This document shows, piece after piece, positions 14,550-28,239 of a stretch of DNA of 64,000 bases; position 1 is the stretch's first letter; every line of letters starts with the position of its first letter. Source of the stretch: Isurus oxyrinchus (lineage: Eukaryota); NCBI GenBank assembly GCA_026770705.1, contig JANJGN010000027.1, forward strand, positions 16,864,001-16,928,000. Direction: 5' to 3'. The notes under the pieces were generated by a model. That model saw nothing but the letters and a program-made list of their open reading frames with translations, ran no database searches and was not told the DNA's origin. Position numbers and translations under genes: made by a program.

Positions 14550-15950
14550 GATGTTAACTATTCCAATGCTTTCCTAGCTGGCCTCCAATGTTTCACCCTC
14601 TGTAAACTTTAGCTCATTTAAAACACTGCTGATCATATGCTCATGTGCATCAACCAGATTACCCCTATCCTTGCTGATTAATATGGGGACCCCAATCCCA
14701 AATGACTCAAATTTAAAGTTTTTGCTCTTGCTTAAATCCCTTCAATGCCTTAACCATCTGTCTCTGTCACAAACTAAACAACCTCCTTGAAAACTGTATT
14801 ACTCTTATTTGGGTCTCTTGTGCATCTTCCATCCCTTTGCCTCACTAGGAGTCAGGCTTTCAGTCTCCTAGGCCCTATGCTTAAATTCTCTCCCTACAAA
14901 AACAGCTTGTATTTATATAGTGCCTTTAATTTAGTAAAACATCGCTTCACCGGAATTCTGTCAAACAATATTTGGGCAGATGACTAAAATTTGGGTCAAT
15001 CAGACAGATTTTAAGGAACGCCTTGAAGGAGGGAAAAAACGGCTGAGAGATTTAGGGAAAGAATTCCAGAGTTTATGGCTTTGGCAGCTGAAAGCACTGC
15101 TGCCAATGGTGCAGCAATTAAAATCTGGAAATGCTCGAGGTCAGAATTAGAGGAGTGCTGATATCTCAAAAGGTTGTAAGATTGGAAAAAATACAGAAAT
15201 ATGGGGAGCAGAGGCCATGGAGAGATTTGAAAAGAAGGATTAAAATTTTAAAATCAAGGTATTTCTTAGCTGGGCGCAAACGTAGATCAGCGAGCAGAGC
15301 TGTGATGAGTGAACAAGACTTGATGAGAGTTAAGATACGGGCAGTAGAGTTTGGATGGCCTTAAGTTTAGAGAGAGGAGAAAGTAGGAGGCCGGCCAGAC
15401 ATGCATTGGAACAGTCAGGTCTAGGGGTAACAAAGGCATGGATGAGGGTTGTAGCCACAGATACGCTGAGACAAGGGTGAAGGTAAGTGATACTGTGGTG
15501 GTGGAAATTGACGGTCTTCGTCATCGCATGGATATGTGGTCAGAAGCTCATATTGAAGTCAAATATGACACACAGGTTGTGAACAGTCTGGTTAAACTTC
15601 TGACATTTCCCAGGGAGAGACAGATTGAGTCAGTGACTAGGAAATGGAGTTTGAAGACAATGGCTTTGGCCTTCCCAATATTTACTTGGGAGGAAATTTG
15701 TGCCAACCGGGTACTGAATGTTGGACAAGTTCTATAAGAATTAAGGCCTCTTGGTCTCTCCACCTCTTTCTAATCCTTTAATTCCCTTCCAAAAATCCAC
15801 TTTTTTGACCAAGTTTTTGGTCACCCTTTGTAATGCCTCATTCATTGTCTCTGTGTCCATTTTTTAAATTATCCCTCAGTGAAGTGCCTGAGGATATTTT
15901 TCTATGTTAAAGATACTACATGTTAAAGATACTATATTTATACAAGATAA
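14550..15950 (+). mobile_element. Decayed L2-like LINE 3' fragment, split by an antisense L2 insertion
   Basis: 14550-14893 (ctattccaatgctttcctagctggcctcc...ctaggccct) resumes at ~15745 (ttgaccaagtttttggtcacc...gtgaagtgcc...gttaaagatacta). Confidence 0.7.
14895..15730 (-). mobile_element. L2-like LINE 3' fragment inserted antisense in another L2
   Basis: Minus ORFs contain TLIHAFVTPRPDCSNACLAGL and QVNIGKAKAIVF (L2 RT C-terminal motifs). Tail cttgtatttatatagtgcc at ~14905. Confidence 0.8.
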
Positions 15951-17294
15951 AATGCAACATCATTGCAGCAAAATATTAGATACAAGCATTTCAGAAAAAA
16001 AGTCCTGAAATGGAAATTGCAGAATTTGGCATGGAAGTGGTAGATTTATGAAGCTGACAGACCTGTAAATGTGGCACTTCATTCTCACACTTCTTCCCAT
16101 CAAATAAAATTTCCTAACATTATGCATCCAGAACACTAATAAATTACCTTAAATCATACAGAACAGGCTGTACTTATGGAACAGTCTGAAAGCCATAAAA
16201 CCATTAAAAAAACAGCAAAATAGCAACTACATCATGCTAAAATAAACATGCTTTCTGATTACCAGCAGCCCTCAGTACTTGCTTTAAAGAATATTCAATC
16301 TTCCACTGACCTGCAATAATTTTTCTTTCCTCCATTCCTTACAAATAGTTCTAAATGTTAACCATGATTAAATATTTGCTATTATGCAAAGATGTACTTA
16401 ATTGCAATTCCAATTATGGGATTGTAATTTACTTTGATTCTGTTAACTTTACTTAAATTGTTTCCTTTCTTTTTTTAGCTAGGTATACCATTCAACATTA
16501 TTTTTCTGATGGTGTATGCAATGTCATATTATTGTTCTGTTTTACCCTACCAATATATAGAAAGCTCCTCATGTTAACAAATAACCAGTGCTCTCAGCTT
16601 CAGTCATTCTGAGCATGCCAGCAGCCCAAAATACATCTAAGTCTTACACAACCTAATTTTGCAATGACAGTAGATTCCTCCCACACTGAAGACTCACTTG
16701 ACATAACATTCCAGTAAACATACCTTGCCGGTTGCTCAAGTTCAAATGTTGTGAAACCTTATGTGGAAGTCCTACTCACCCCAGCAAGAATTACTGATAG
16801 GCCTAGAATCAAACCAAGGCTTTGCTTGCTCATTCTGTGTTCCTTAAACAAATGTATTCAGGCTGCTTCTATCAGAAATTACACATAAAAAAGGGGAAGA
16901 AAGAAAAAAGTGAAAAGGATCTGAAGTAAGAGTCATAGAAAAGAACTGATCATAAATTAAAGCAGATTATTTTAACCCTGTACTATACATAGGCAAGATC
17001 ACTCTTAGTATATCACGTGCAGTTTTGAGCACTGATCTTTTGCAGAAAAGCAGACTTCATTCTTGGGCTAATGTTTCTAAGTTGCAGGGATTCAAAATCT
17101 GACCTCATTGTGAAGTAGAGTTATGAATTAGGTCTTAAGAGATAATAATAGAAATGGATATAGCAAGTAATCACATTACTTGGTTTTTGGTTACAAAACT
17201 AGGGAGCATGAGTGAAAAACTGTCGAGCCTAAGCATGACTCTGCATAACCACCACCAGTAAGCATGTGCATGTGCAGACACGTCAACAGTCGTG

Positions 17295-17985
17295 AACATA
17301 TAGAATGAGTCACAAAAAGTTAGTATGCAGGTACAGCAAGTAATTAAGAAGGCTAATGGAAAGCTATCCTTTATTACAAGAGGAATTAAACATAAAAGTA
17401 AGGATGTAATGCTTCAGTTATACAGGACATTGGTGAGACCTCGAACACTGTGTGCGGTTTTGGTCTCCCTATTTAAGGAATGATGTAAACGCATTGGAGG
17501 TGGATCAGAGGTTTACTAGATTGACACCTGGAATGAGTGGGTTGTCTTATGAGGAAAAATTGGACAGACTGGGCTTGTTTCCACTGGAGTTTAGAAGAGC
17601 AAGGGGTAATTTGATTGAAGTATACAAGATCCTGAACAGTACTGACAAAGTGGATGTGGAAAGGATGTTTCCTCCTGTGGGTGAATCCAGAACTAGGGGG
17701 CGCTATTTTAAAATTAGTGGTCACTCTTTTAGAACAGAGATGAGGAGAATTTTTTTCTCTCAAAGGGTTGTGCGACTTTGTAACTCTTTGCCTCAGAAGA
17801 CGGGGTCACTGAATATTTTTAAGGCAGTGGTAGATAGATTCTTGTTAGGCAAGGGAATCAAGGTTATCGGGGTAGATGGGAATGTGGAATTTGAAACATA
17901 AGCAGATCAGCCATGATCTTATTGAATGGCAGAGCAGGCTTAAGGGGCCGAATGGTCTACTCCTGTTCCTATTTATGTTTTTATG
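17295..17985 (+). mobile_element. CR1-like LINE ('family B') 3' fragment
   Basis: FWSPYLRNDVNALE...SYEEKLDRLGLFPLEFRRARGNLIEVYKIL...TRG...FFSQRVV. Tail gggccgaatggtctactcctgttcct. Confidence 0.92.
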
Positions 17986-18994
17986 ATGTCAAGCATAAGT
18001 TCATGCCTTTGCTAATTCCTTTAAACATATAATTATCTGTTGATAAGTTTTAAATGGTTAAGATCATAAGCTAAATCCAGATGAGGAAAGCCACTCAGTC
18101 CATATTAGTTCATCCATCTCGAAAGTGTATAGACCCATCCTTCATTGTGGCATCCAGCTATGTTGTAAATTCTAAGTTTTCCACCACCATTACTCTATCA
18201 AAAGTCCATCCATATATAGATCACTACTGACTTGCCTCTCCCAGTGTCTGCCTGATACTGACCAGGCAAGCTAACCGTCACATTCCTTGGAGCAGCATCC
18301 TCGAGTGGGAATCAGGAGTAAAGGGTAAATAAGAAAGGCTGATTCTGCTAATTGGAGGAGAAAGATGAGGGAAGAGAAGGGAGAACAATGAAAATGTGAA
18401 ATGGGGTAATGAGAAAGGTTCCAGCCTAAACCAAGAACAGAAAAGTGCCAGCCTAAACTGCTGAGGTGGGGGTGGGGAGAAGAGCACCAGTTTGACTGAA
18501 TGGCTCCATTTTAGCAAGAGTACCAAAGCATATTCAAAACAGCCCTTAATTACATAAAGTAGTGAGGGAAGATCCCTGAAATTTTTGCTCCAACAGTGTG
18601 CATTTTTTTTCAATTACACAAGCCACCTTAGAATGCAAATGCACTTTTGTGGCTTTACAGTTGGTTTAATACTCAGGAATTTTGCTTGATTACCTTTAGG
18701 TACAAGGAGAAATTTCAACAAGCTTTAGATTTTGAGGTTTGTACTGAGCAGACACCACGAAAGGCTAAATTCTGTCTGGTATATGCAGGAAAGGAGCATG
18801 ATGAACAGAATGGTCTTTTCTCATTTGATACTTATGATTTATAAAATTAGGTAAAATATGTAAAAGTGACAAAAACTGTAAGCAAACATAAAGTGGCTGT
18901 TTAGATTTTGTGTTGGTGGCCACAGTATTTATCAAAATAAAACAGAAAAAACTAGGCATGCTGAGGCAATTTTACAACTTTTACCCAAATGTAC

Positions 18995-19407
18995 TGTGAA
19001 GTTTAAAAGAATGAGAGGCGATCTCATTCAAACATACAAAATTCTTATAGTGCTCAACAGGATAGATGCAGGAATGATGTTTCCCTTAGCTGGGGGATCG
19101 AGAACCAGAGGACCAAGTCTCAAAATAAGAGGTAGGCCATTTAGGACTGAGATGGGGAGGAATTTCTTCATTCAGAGAGTGGTGAATCCTTGGAATTCTT
19201 TGGTTTAGAGGGCTGTGGAGACTCAGTCATTCAGCATGTTCAAGACTGAGATCGATAGATTTCTATATATTAAAAACATCAAGGGATATGGGGATTGTGC
19301 AGGAAAACAGTGTTGAAATAAAAGATCAGCCATGATCTCACTGAATGGCGGAACGGGTTCGAAGAGCTGGATGGCCTACACCTGCTTCTATTTCTAATGT
19401 TCTTATG
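18995..19407 (+). mobile_element. CR1-like LINE 3' fragment
   Basis: RMRGDLIQTYKIL...SRTRG...RNFFIQRVVNPWNSL. Tail ggcctacacctgcttctatttct. Confidence 0.92.
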
Positions 19408-21574
19408 AAAATCTAAGATTAACGTTCAATTACATTGTTGTTCTGGACCAGTAGCTTGTTACTTGTGTTCTGAGGGTAAAAATCACTTTCCATCTCAGGC
19501 ATCCAGTGTCAGCACCTAAAGATGTGCCTGGCAATGTGCCTCAACTTCAACAGCAGGTTGTCAACACCAAAAGTTTGACATTTTCTATACTAGCCAAGTT
19601 ATGGCCTCTCTGATTCTCAATGTGGGCTAATTACAACCCATGCTCAATTGGAAATGTGGTCAAGATTGTCCACACCTATGTTACATAGTTTCTTACAACC
19701 AGCAGGTAGAGGGCACTTCCATCACGTATCACTAAATCAATTCTGAATTATTTATTTTCTAAATATGATAACTCGATACAGATGTAAATTCAGCTAGGGA
19801 ACATAATCTGAATTACTGGAAAGTTCTTACATTCAGTCTTTATTGCAGTAGGGTGAGGTATGGAAGCTGTCAGGCAAGATAACAGATCATATACAATCTT
19901 AATTAGATCAACTCCTGCGAGGAATTTTAGATGATAAAATAGAGCGAGGTTCAAAGGAATAACATATGGCAGATTTCCTTTCCGCCAGAAGATCATACAT
20001 TATTTTGCAGAAGTGTAAAAATTGGTAGAAAAACTGCATTGGAGAAACCAAATAATACTATATTATCAAGAATATCTCTATTAAAAACCTGCTAACTTTA
20101 AGAACTCAACAGTATTATTACATTTATGTTCCAATTTCACTTACAATGGATAACAAAATACATTAATTAAAAGCAAGTCTGTAGAAGTTGGATTAACAGT
20201 AAAGTGAATTTACATTCTACAAGCAGCACAAAGAAACTGTCATAGCTGTAAATTTTGTAACACAAAATTTTTAACAAGATAATCTGGTTTGACTGCCTAC
20301 TTTAGTACTGATGTTTCATTTGTGAAAGCCTGAGACATTTATAAAACAATTGTGGGCTGTAGTACTGAAAATAATATGTTCTAATTTTAACAGACCATTT
20401 TGAAAAGTGCTGTTCTCTTGGTTATTTGAATCAATAAGCCAGGGGATGGTTTTCTTTGGTTGCATTTGAATGCATGCAAGCCTCCTGGAAAGTTTATACA
20501 TATATTTATATGTAATATATGTTATCATGTAATCCTGAGCTTTCGGCTTTGTCAAGTTACAGAAAAATCAGTTCCAAAGACATGTTTTAGCCAAAATGGG
20601 GCACACTTTCAGAACAGCCAGCCAGGAAATTAACATAGCAAAATATATCTACAACATTATAGTTTGTTATTTATATTTATGGCAATCAATTCAACTGTCA
20701 ATCATCAAGTTTCAAGAGATCTTGTTCTGAAAGGTTTTCTGAGCTTGCTTGTGCATACAATCTCTGCCAAAAGCACTCCAACCCTCATTTTCTCCAACAT
20801 GTAGGCATGGCCTGAAATTGCACTTGCAGTACAACTGTGTCAAACCCAAATGTGAATTTCTCTTAATTTTTTGTGATAATGCCCAAGGCTCCAAATGCTG
20901 TGCATGGTTTATGTAGCACAGGAGATTTCAGAGTGCCAGGACAACTCACTGACACTCACTTCAACATTTTGGTTCACACTTTGAAAAGGGTGAAGTAGAC
21001 AGAAGCAAAGTATACATTAGCATTGGCCAGTACAAACAGGCTAAACTGTTTATCCATTAACATAGCAACTTTTAATAGCTGCAAGATCCAGATTTTACAG
21101 GTGAGCATTCAGAGTAAAGTTACTAAACTGCTGCATCTCTGCCCCACCACCGCAATTTTTCTTTAACTTCAGAAGCTAAAATAATTGAATGAAAATAACC
21201 TCCTTGATTAGAACATTGAACCAATAATCGATATTGCTCCTAACCAAGAGAAATGATTCATATCTGTGCAAAAGCAAACTACTGCAGATGCCCGAGTTAA
21301 ACTAACAGTAATGTATTGAAAACAATGGTATCTGCTTCAAAGTGCTTGGTGAATTTGAAATTAATCACAAAATCTAGTTCAAAATGCCTATAGTCAAACA
21401 AGTAGGGGCACTGCTAAGAATTCTCCTTTCTCTTCCCTCCGAATCTCACTCGATACATTTCACCATTCTGCTTAACTGGCTCCATTCGCAAAGCAGTGGA
21501 ATATCTGGAAACGAGGCCTACTATTTGCAACCTTCTGAGAGGTTGAACAGAATGGTACACTGTGCTGCCAGGAA

Positions 21575-21593
21575 GCACGCCATCTGGTGGTCA
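21575..21593 (-). promoter_or_regulatory. Candidate CTCF binding site
   Basis: Minus strand TGACCACCAGATGGCGTGC matches the core consensus CCASYAGRKGGCR. It lies in sequence I could not assign to a repeat. Confidence 0.5.
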
Positions 21594-21820
21594 ATTTCAG
21601 AGCTATTCGAGTTCACCCAACAAGAGCAGAGGAATTGAGGGGAGAATTACAATTGGTGGCCTTCTAGGTTATCAATTCAACTTGCGAATGGCTCTAAGGA
21701 GCAGTACTGTTCATTATAAATGATAATATGATCATATCCACTGAATTCCCATTGTTTCTTATTTTGAAAATATTTGATTTGATTGCTTGGAATAGGTTCT
21801 CCATTTATCTTATTATAAAT

Positions 21821-22529
21821 GACCCAGATTTTGTGCTAATAATAATAGTGAGGCGATTAGAACTCACCATTATTATGGGGTAAATCAGCCAGCAGCTTCT
21901 GGCATCTGTCAGGGATACTCCACTCCTCCACAGCGTGTGCTATTGCAGTCCTTGCTGAGAGACCTGAAATTGAAATGACTGCAATGGCATGAACTTGCCG
22001 TACTTGCCCACTAGCTCCCAGTAAAGATGTCTAAAAAAGTTAAGACTGGGATGTTCAGGAGCAAATGCATTTTTAAAAGTGTAATAATGATAATTGCTTC
22101 TGTCCAACTTCTCCAGCCATAAAAAAATTAATTTTACAACTGTGGAGTCTCATTTCTTCAGAAGAAAATTAGTGTTAAAAGATTTTTTAAAAATTGGTTT
22201 GACTTTTTTTATCTGTCCCTTTTATTCCTCTTGCTTAATTCCATCTGTATTTCCCTATTTTTTTTTGCTTTCTGTAGATCATTTAAATCTTTGTTTCCTG
22301 CTTTATACTTCCTGATTTGGACTGAATGTCTCAGTTTGGATTCTCCAATGTGATTAGTTGAAGAGCTGAGCTGTTTCTTGCCCTGCTCACAGATGCCACA
22401 AATGCACTGTAGAGAGCGCCACGTTGGAACGGATGCCATATTAAAGACTGCACTTGAAAGCCAGACAAAACTTTATGACAAGTGAACAAGCAGCATTGTT
22501 CTTTGGCTGCTGACTGGAAAATCCAGGCC
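21821..22529. mobile_element. Harbinger-like MITE, longer copy of the 7946-8478 family
   Basis: TIRs gacccagatttt / gaaaatccaggcc with AAT/ATT flanks. Shares the subterminal hairpin and the T-rich core with 7946-8478. Confidence 0.65.
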
Positions 22530-25144
22530 ATTTAATATAATTAGGAGTTACGTGAAGTTTTGGCTCCACAATAATCCTTCAGATTCAAAACAGGCAACTG
22601 GCTTCATAGCAAGAGATGAGCAATGGCAAACCAATTTTACCTAGCAATTTGGCAGTCTGATTTAAATGTGAAATAATTTATAATTAGCAACCTAGGCCAC
22701 AAATGAATGGGGAAAGCACATGGTGCAAGTAATTTTTGTCAACAACATGGACATAGGCACCTGTTTCATGGAAATAATTACATAATTGATTTTGGAAGTT
22801 ATTTTTCATACCATTTGAGCAGACTATTGAAATTAAGAAAAATGATCAAAAAATGGTGAGGTCGGAGTTCAAAGCTATCTGAAGTGAACAGGTGGTGCTT
22901 TAGCCACATGATATCATTCAGGAAATTTGGAATCAAAGGAGAGCTGTTTATGAAGACTAAGCAAAATATTTATGATAAATATTTAGTTCCTCAGGTTATA
23001 TTATACCATAGTTTATGTTTGACTGGGTGAAATTATGTTTAGGGAATAATTTTTTGTCTACAAAATGTATCATCTGATGACATTGCTGATGCAGCATACG
23101 GTTCAGGTGCATCAAAGATGTAAGGTGACAAATTGTATCTGCTTAATCTTTCCCTTCATTTTCCTCCCTACTCCTTAAATGGCATTTTGAAATTATGATA
23201 AATTGTGGTCCTCACTGCTCATTTTCTGCCAAATGGCAGATATAGTTGAGTAGACGAAAGTACTGAACATTGTGAATCACATATTTATCCAACCATTAAG
23301 CAAAGAGCCACGTATCAGTTGCAGGGTCTGGCTTTCTTTAAGCTTTGTTGTTTTCCCTTTTTGTGGGTGACACAATGGTTCAAAGTTCAAGCAACAACTG
23401 GTGAAGCTAGTTTGTTACAAGCAAACTGGGAGGATCTGTACATTCCTCATGAACATCAATCCATTTTTAAGTCATTGCATCGTATTAATTCTTCTTTAGC
23501 ATTACAGAAAATAAAGCAGCTTTTTTCTAATAACGCACAGGAATGAGAAGTTTTTGTCATTATAGTATTCAACAATCATAAGTGAACCAGAAACTTTGAT
23601 GAGAACTTTGAAAGGCTGGAGTCAATTGACATGATCACATTTAAAAGGTTAAGCACATCTTGAGAAAATTTTAAAAGAGGCCTCCATAAAAATATATTTT
23701 TATTAAGTCATTGCTCAAGATTGTCCAAGGCATTACGTTAGTGTGTGCAAGTGTGTAGCATTGCTCAATTGTTTGCATTCTCAGCAGTAATGTTCTCAAA
23801 CTTAATTTTCTGACTTCTGAGACTTCATGTGGCATATATGTTTGATCGTTCTTCATCCTTTGATTAACTTTAAAAATAAGACTTTTTCTACTACAAAGAT
23901 TTAGTGATTTGAAATTTCAACCAGAGAACGATACTGATGATTCTGTAATCTGCACAGTGTTCCTCTTTTAAAACACAAATAATTTTGAAGAGGAAATTTT
24001 AAAAAATGACAGAAACTTAAAAAATTGAGGGTTCACTCTAATTTCCATCACAGCCTCCTCGCTTCCCTTCCTCCAACCCACTGCAAATCATGCCACAGGA
24101 GGACTAGAGTCCCCTTGTGATCTTTTAATTATTCCACACAAATTGCATTGCAAACCACCTGTTTTTCATACACTGTGCAGAGAGCTAAAGATTGAAGCAG
24201 TGGCGCACCATCCAATCCCACATTAAAAGAACATCCTGATCACCACCTTTCATGTCCCTGGGGTCCCTGCCCTTGAATCATTGCATTTGCTTTTTTTTTA
24301 ATTCGTAGAATTGATATAACTGTAGATAAGTTCAAAAGTCTGGTCATTTTTCTTGAAGTTGTTCTAATATTGCAGAACTTCAAAAAAAATTTACGTTGCG
24401 AAAATTCTGGCACACTGACATTTCTATGTTCATCCTTACTGTTCTTTATTGTTTACTCAAAATATCAACTCTTTGAACTCAACCTTTCATATTGTACAAT
24501 ACACTCCAATTTGATTTGTTAATCAGAACTAGTACTGTGAAACACTTAAGAGCAATAGATAATCACAGTTCTTAGCTTTACAATCATCTTGAAATAGAAA
24601 TAAATGCCCAACCAGGGGAACTAAATTTTAATGTGTGTAATGATGCACTAGGCAGCTCTCATTTCAATTACTTTTCAAGAGTATCCTTTAATCCAAATAT
24701 TCTTTGCAAATAATATCGAAAGAGACAGCTAAAGAAGCTTAAGATAATATTCCAAATACATACAAACCTTTCAGATCCATTTTATACTGACAGCTGCATC
24801 AAGCATAAGGATATGAAGACAGCTTTAGAGGCCCTTAATTTCGGGCAAGCATTCAAACCTGCTCAGGGCAACAGTAAGGTTAAAAAAATCTTAGTCTTAT
24901 TCTCACTCTACTATAGACCTCATCACTGTTTTACTGTACTATTTGCATACACTAACTTAATATCATGGCATCAGAATTCCACACAGGGAATGAACCTAAT
25001 GGGATTTGGGAAATTGCTGACTGCTTGTCATGAAAATTTGTTTCATAAAAATCTTTTGATATATACATATGCACAACAGATCAACCAAGTTGAGCTTCTG
25101 AGCATCCTCTGTCACACTTCAAATAATTTAAAAAAAAAAAAAAA

Positions 25145-25460
25145 TTTTCATGTGAAGTGGGCATCATTGTCCATCCGTAATTGCTCTTGAACTGAGTGGC
25201 TTGCTAGGCCATTTCAAAGGGCATTGCTGTGGGTCTAGAATCACATGTAGGCCAGACTGGGCAAGGACGGCAGATTTCCTTCCCTAAAGGACATTAGTGA
25301 ACCAGATGGGTTTTTACAACAATCACTGATAGTTGTCATGTTCACCATTACAGGGACTAGCTTCAGAATTCGAGATTTATTAATTGAATTTAAATTCCAT
25401 CAGCTGCCATGGTGGGATCTGAACCCATGTCCCAGAGCATTAGCCTGGGGCTTTAGATTA
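25145..25460 (-). mobile_element. tRNA-derived SINE (MetaSINE-like core) with family-A LINE tail
   Basis: Reverse complement contains ggttcactaatgtcctttagggaaggaaatctgccgtcctt...ggcctacatgtga and a tRNA B-box. Confidence 0.85.
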
Positions 25461-25479
25461 CCCCCCCTCCCCCCAAGAA

Positions 25480-25800
25480 AATGCAGTTCAATCCTTGGTT
25501 GGTGCTAAACTAGTTCATCTCAGTACAGCTAATAGTAGGGGTGATGTAATTGGTCACAACATTCATGGGAATGGGAGCAGGAGAATCAGAAAATATCATT
25601 TTCTTGACTGTTTCCAATTTAGAAGTGTGTGAATGACATGATTGTCCCTAGCTGTAATGCGTCTTAAACTCAACTGGCTAACATTCACAAAGCAAGTTCA
25701 CACACGAAGAAGAGACACCGGGAACATCTAGGGAATGTTGCAAACAGCCATGGAGCTGATCCCCAGCAAGAATTAGCACCTTTTGAAAAACAGGGCAGAG
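25480..25800 (+). mobile_element. Old SINE-like repeat (third SINE family)
   Basis: Apparent homology to 30215-30400 (+), 46475-46850 (-) and ~16780-16795 (ccccagcaagaatt). B-box-like agttcaatcc. Confidence 0.5.
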
Positions 25801-26099
25801 AATCCACACAGCATTATGCATTTCCAGAGCATTTGTAATCCTGGTTGGTTTAAGTTTTCTTTACTAGTTACAAGAAGTTCAATAAAATATTAACTAAAAT
25901 GGAAATTTATATTGTACTCTATGTGCAAGTGATACAAAGACTACTTATTCCAACTATTAGTGAAAGGTAGCCATGCTTTAAAAAAAATCAACTTGTAGAT
26001 TATTACTATGTTTCATCTGGTTTAAATAACTGAACATTAAGGTTATTAAATGCTAACTGATGATTGTAAAATCTGGCATAAATTTGGACTGCTTGTCTG

Positions 26100-26910
26100 A
26101 TGTTAATACCTAGGACGAGCTATAAATCAGACAGCTAAACAGTTAGAAAACCGAGGCCATTGCCTTTGGCGCCAACCACAAATTCTGTACCCTTACATCA
26201 ACTCCAATCCTGTCTTATCACTGTGTCAGTCTAAACCAGACTGTTAGAAACTTTGACATACCCAACCTCCATAACATAAACTTCCAAATCTGTAACATAA
26301 TGCAAACACAGCCCCTATCTCAGCCCAGTTATTCTTAAAATCAACATGCATTCCTTTTTCATCCTGACTTGATTATTTTTATGCTCTACTGACAGACTAC
26401 CTATGTCCCACCCTCTGAACTTCAGCTAAGTCTGCCTTTAACCTGTCCTACACCAAGTCCCATTTACCCATCAAATTTATGCTAACAGACAGACATTAAG
26501 TTCTCAGTCCTCACACTGCTTCAGATTTTAAAAAGCTCACCTTGGTGTTTAAATCACTTTTTGATTGCTCTTTTTCCTATCTTCATAAACTCTTCCACTC
26601 CTACAGCCTATCTCAAGCTTGTCCTTATCTTTAAACTCCAACATCTTATGGCAATCCCTTCTTTCCACCCCAACAGATGGCCAGGCCTCCAACTGCAATA
26701 GCCTCACACTCTGGAAGTACTTCCTAAACATGTCAATCTCTCTCTCAATCTTTGAGGAGGAGAAGGATTGCTCTTAAAATCCATCCTTGACTAACCTCTT
26801 GATCACCGTTCCTCATCTCTCTCTTTAGCTCAGCATCCATTTTCCTTTTATTAGACCTTGAGGTTTTCCTAAGTGAAAAGTGCTATGGAAATGAAAACTG
26901 TTGCTTTTTA
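26100..26910 (+). mobile_element. Decayed L2-like LINE 3' fragment
   Basis: gaaaaccgaggccattgcctttgg (KTEAIAF), similarity to 14550-15950 and 52050-53310, and L2-type tail aagtgctatggaaatgaaaactgttg. Confidence 0.65.
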
Positions 26911-28239
26911 AACCAGATGCAGAAAACGTAGCTAGTTAGTTGCTTTAATCCAGCCCAAGTTTCCTAATCTCCACATCATGTTCAAGCAAAAATAAATAGA
27001 ATGATTTCAAAAAAGGTCTAACCAAAAGGAAAATATCTCTATGCAATACTGAAGTAAATCAAATTATCACATTAATAAATGCTTCTCCAAAAGACTTTTT
27101 CTTCAAACAAATAATGTACACATTCCATGTACTTAACTGATCAAAAACTACAGACCATGGTGTACAAGAAAGATCCCTAAGTTAAAATGCATCATTGGTA
27201 TTGATCATATTAAGTGTGATAGCAAATAAAGTATATAACGAGTGGTAAGTATTCAGCTTCGAATCCCGTGAGGCAAGTCTTTGACTCTAAACAGTTGCAG
27301 AGAGGTAGTGAACAGAGCCACACGTTTTCTCCTCCATCTCTAGGAGTAAGAATCACCAGGAGGCTATTCTGAGATTCCATACAACTACCGTTGATGGAAT
27401 GGCATAGGCAGGAGACAGACAGTACATAATGGAGGAAAAATATGCAACACGTTTTAAAACAAAAAAATCTGCATAACTAACCTGCTTAAAGGCTATAATT
27501 GCTGAGGACATGACAAGCTTCCCAAGAGATTTACACATTCGGACCAATAAGCTAGAATCTTGCCTGCTGCCAAGAATAGACAGCCTGAACCTTTCTCAAC
27601 TGGCTGCAAAATATCAATGTGGAAACCGAGAAACCGCTTGGACATGAGATTAAAAAGTCCTGATTAGCGAATCTGTGATTTGAGAATTCATTGGGACAGT
27701 GATTTGTTTAGTCATCTTTTCATAACAAAAAGAGCTTTGTTTTTTTTCTTACTAAAAGCCTCTCAAATTCTTTTTCTGTGTTCTTGTCTACCAAGCTTTG
27801 GGTTCAGGTACCTGTTGGGACAAAATGCCTCCCAGGTTTATTTTTAATATTAAGTACCACCTTTATACTCAAATACAAGTTTGACACTGAGACCTGGTCT
27901 AAAGCAGTGAGATCCAGCAGCCATGCATCACTTTCAAGCAGGAAGAGGAGGATGGGACAGTGACAGAAAGGAAGGCACTGCACAAGTGTTACTAATGCCA
28001 ACCAAGTAGCAACACTGGTGACATTTTAACTATTCGAGGGCTCTTTGCCTCCATGAAAATTAAGAGTTCTTGGGAATTTCTTAAACTTTAATATTTTTTT
28101 AAAAAAAGCTTCACATCACTAAAGCTATACAACAACCAGTGTGAAGCAGAATTGGCATGAGCACCAAATAACCAAACTCGAATTAATTTGACTTCAGTTA
28201 GTCTAGTTCGTTTTACTCCACCACTGACCTCAAAAACTC

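Noticed and set aside
24030-24290. Possible additional Penelope-like RT remnant (RVPL-like word)
   Set aside because: Too short and degenerate to support.
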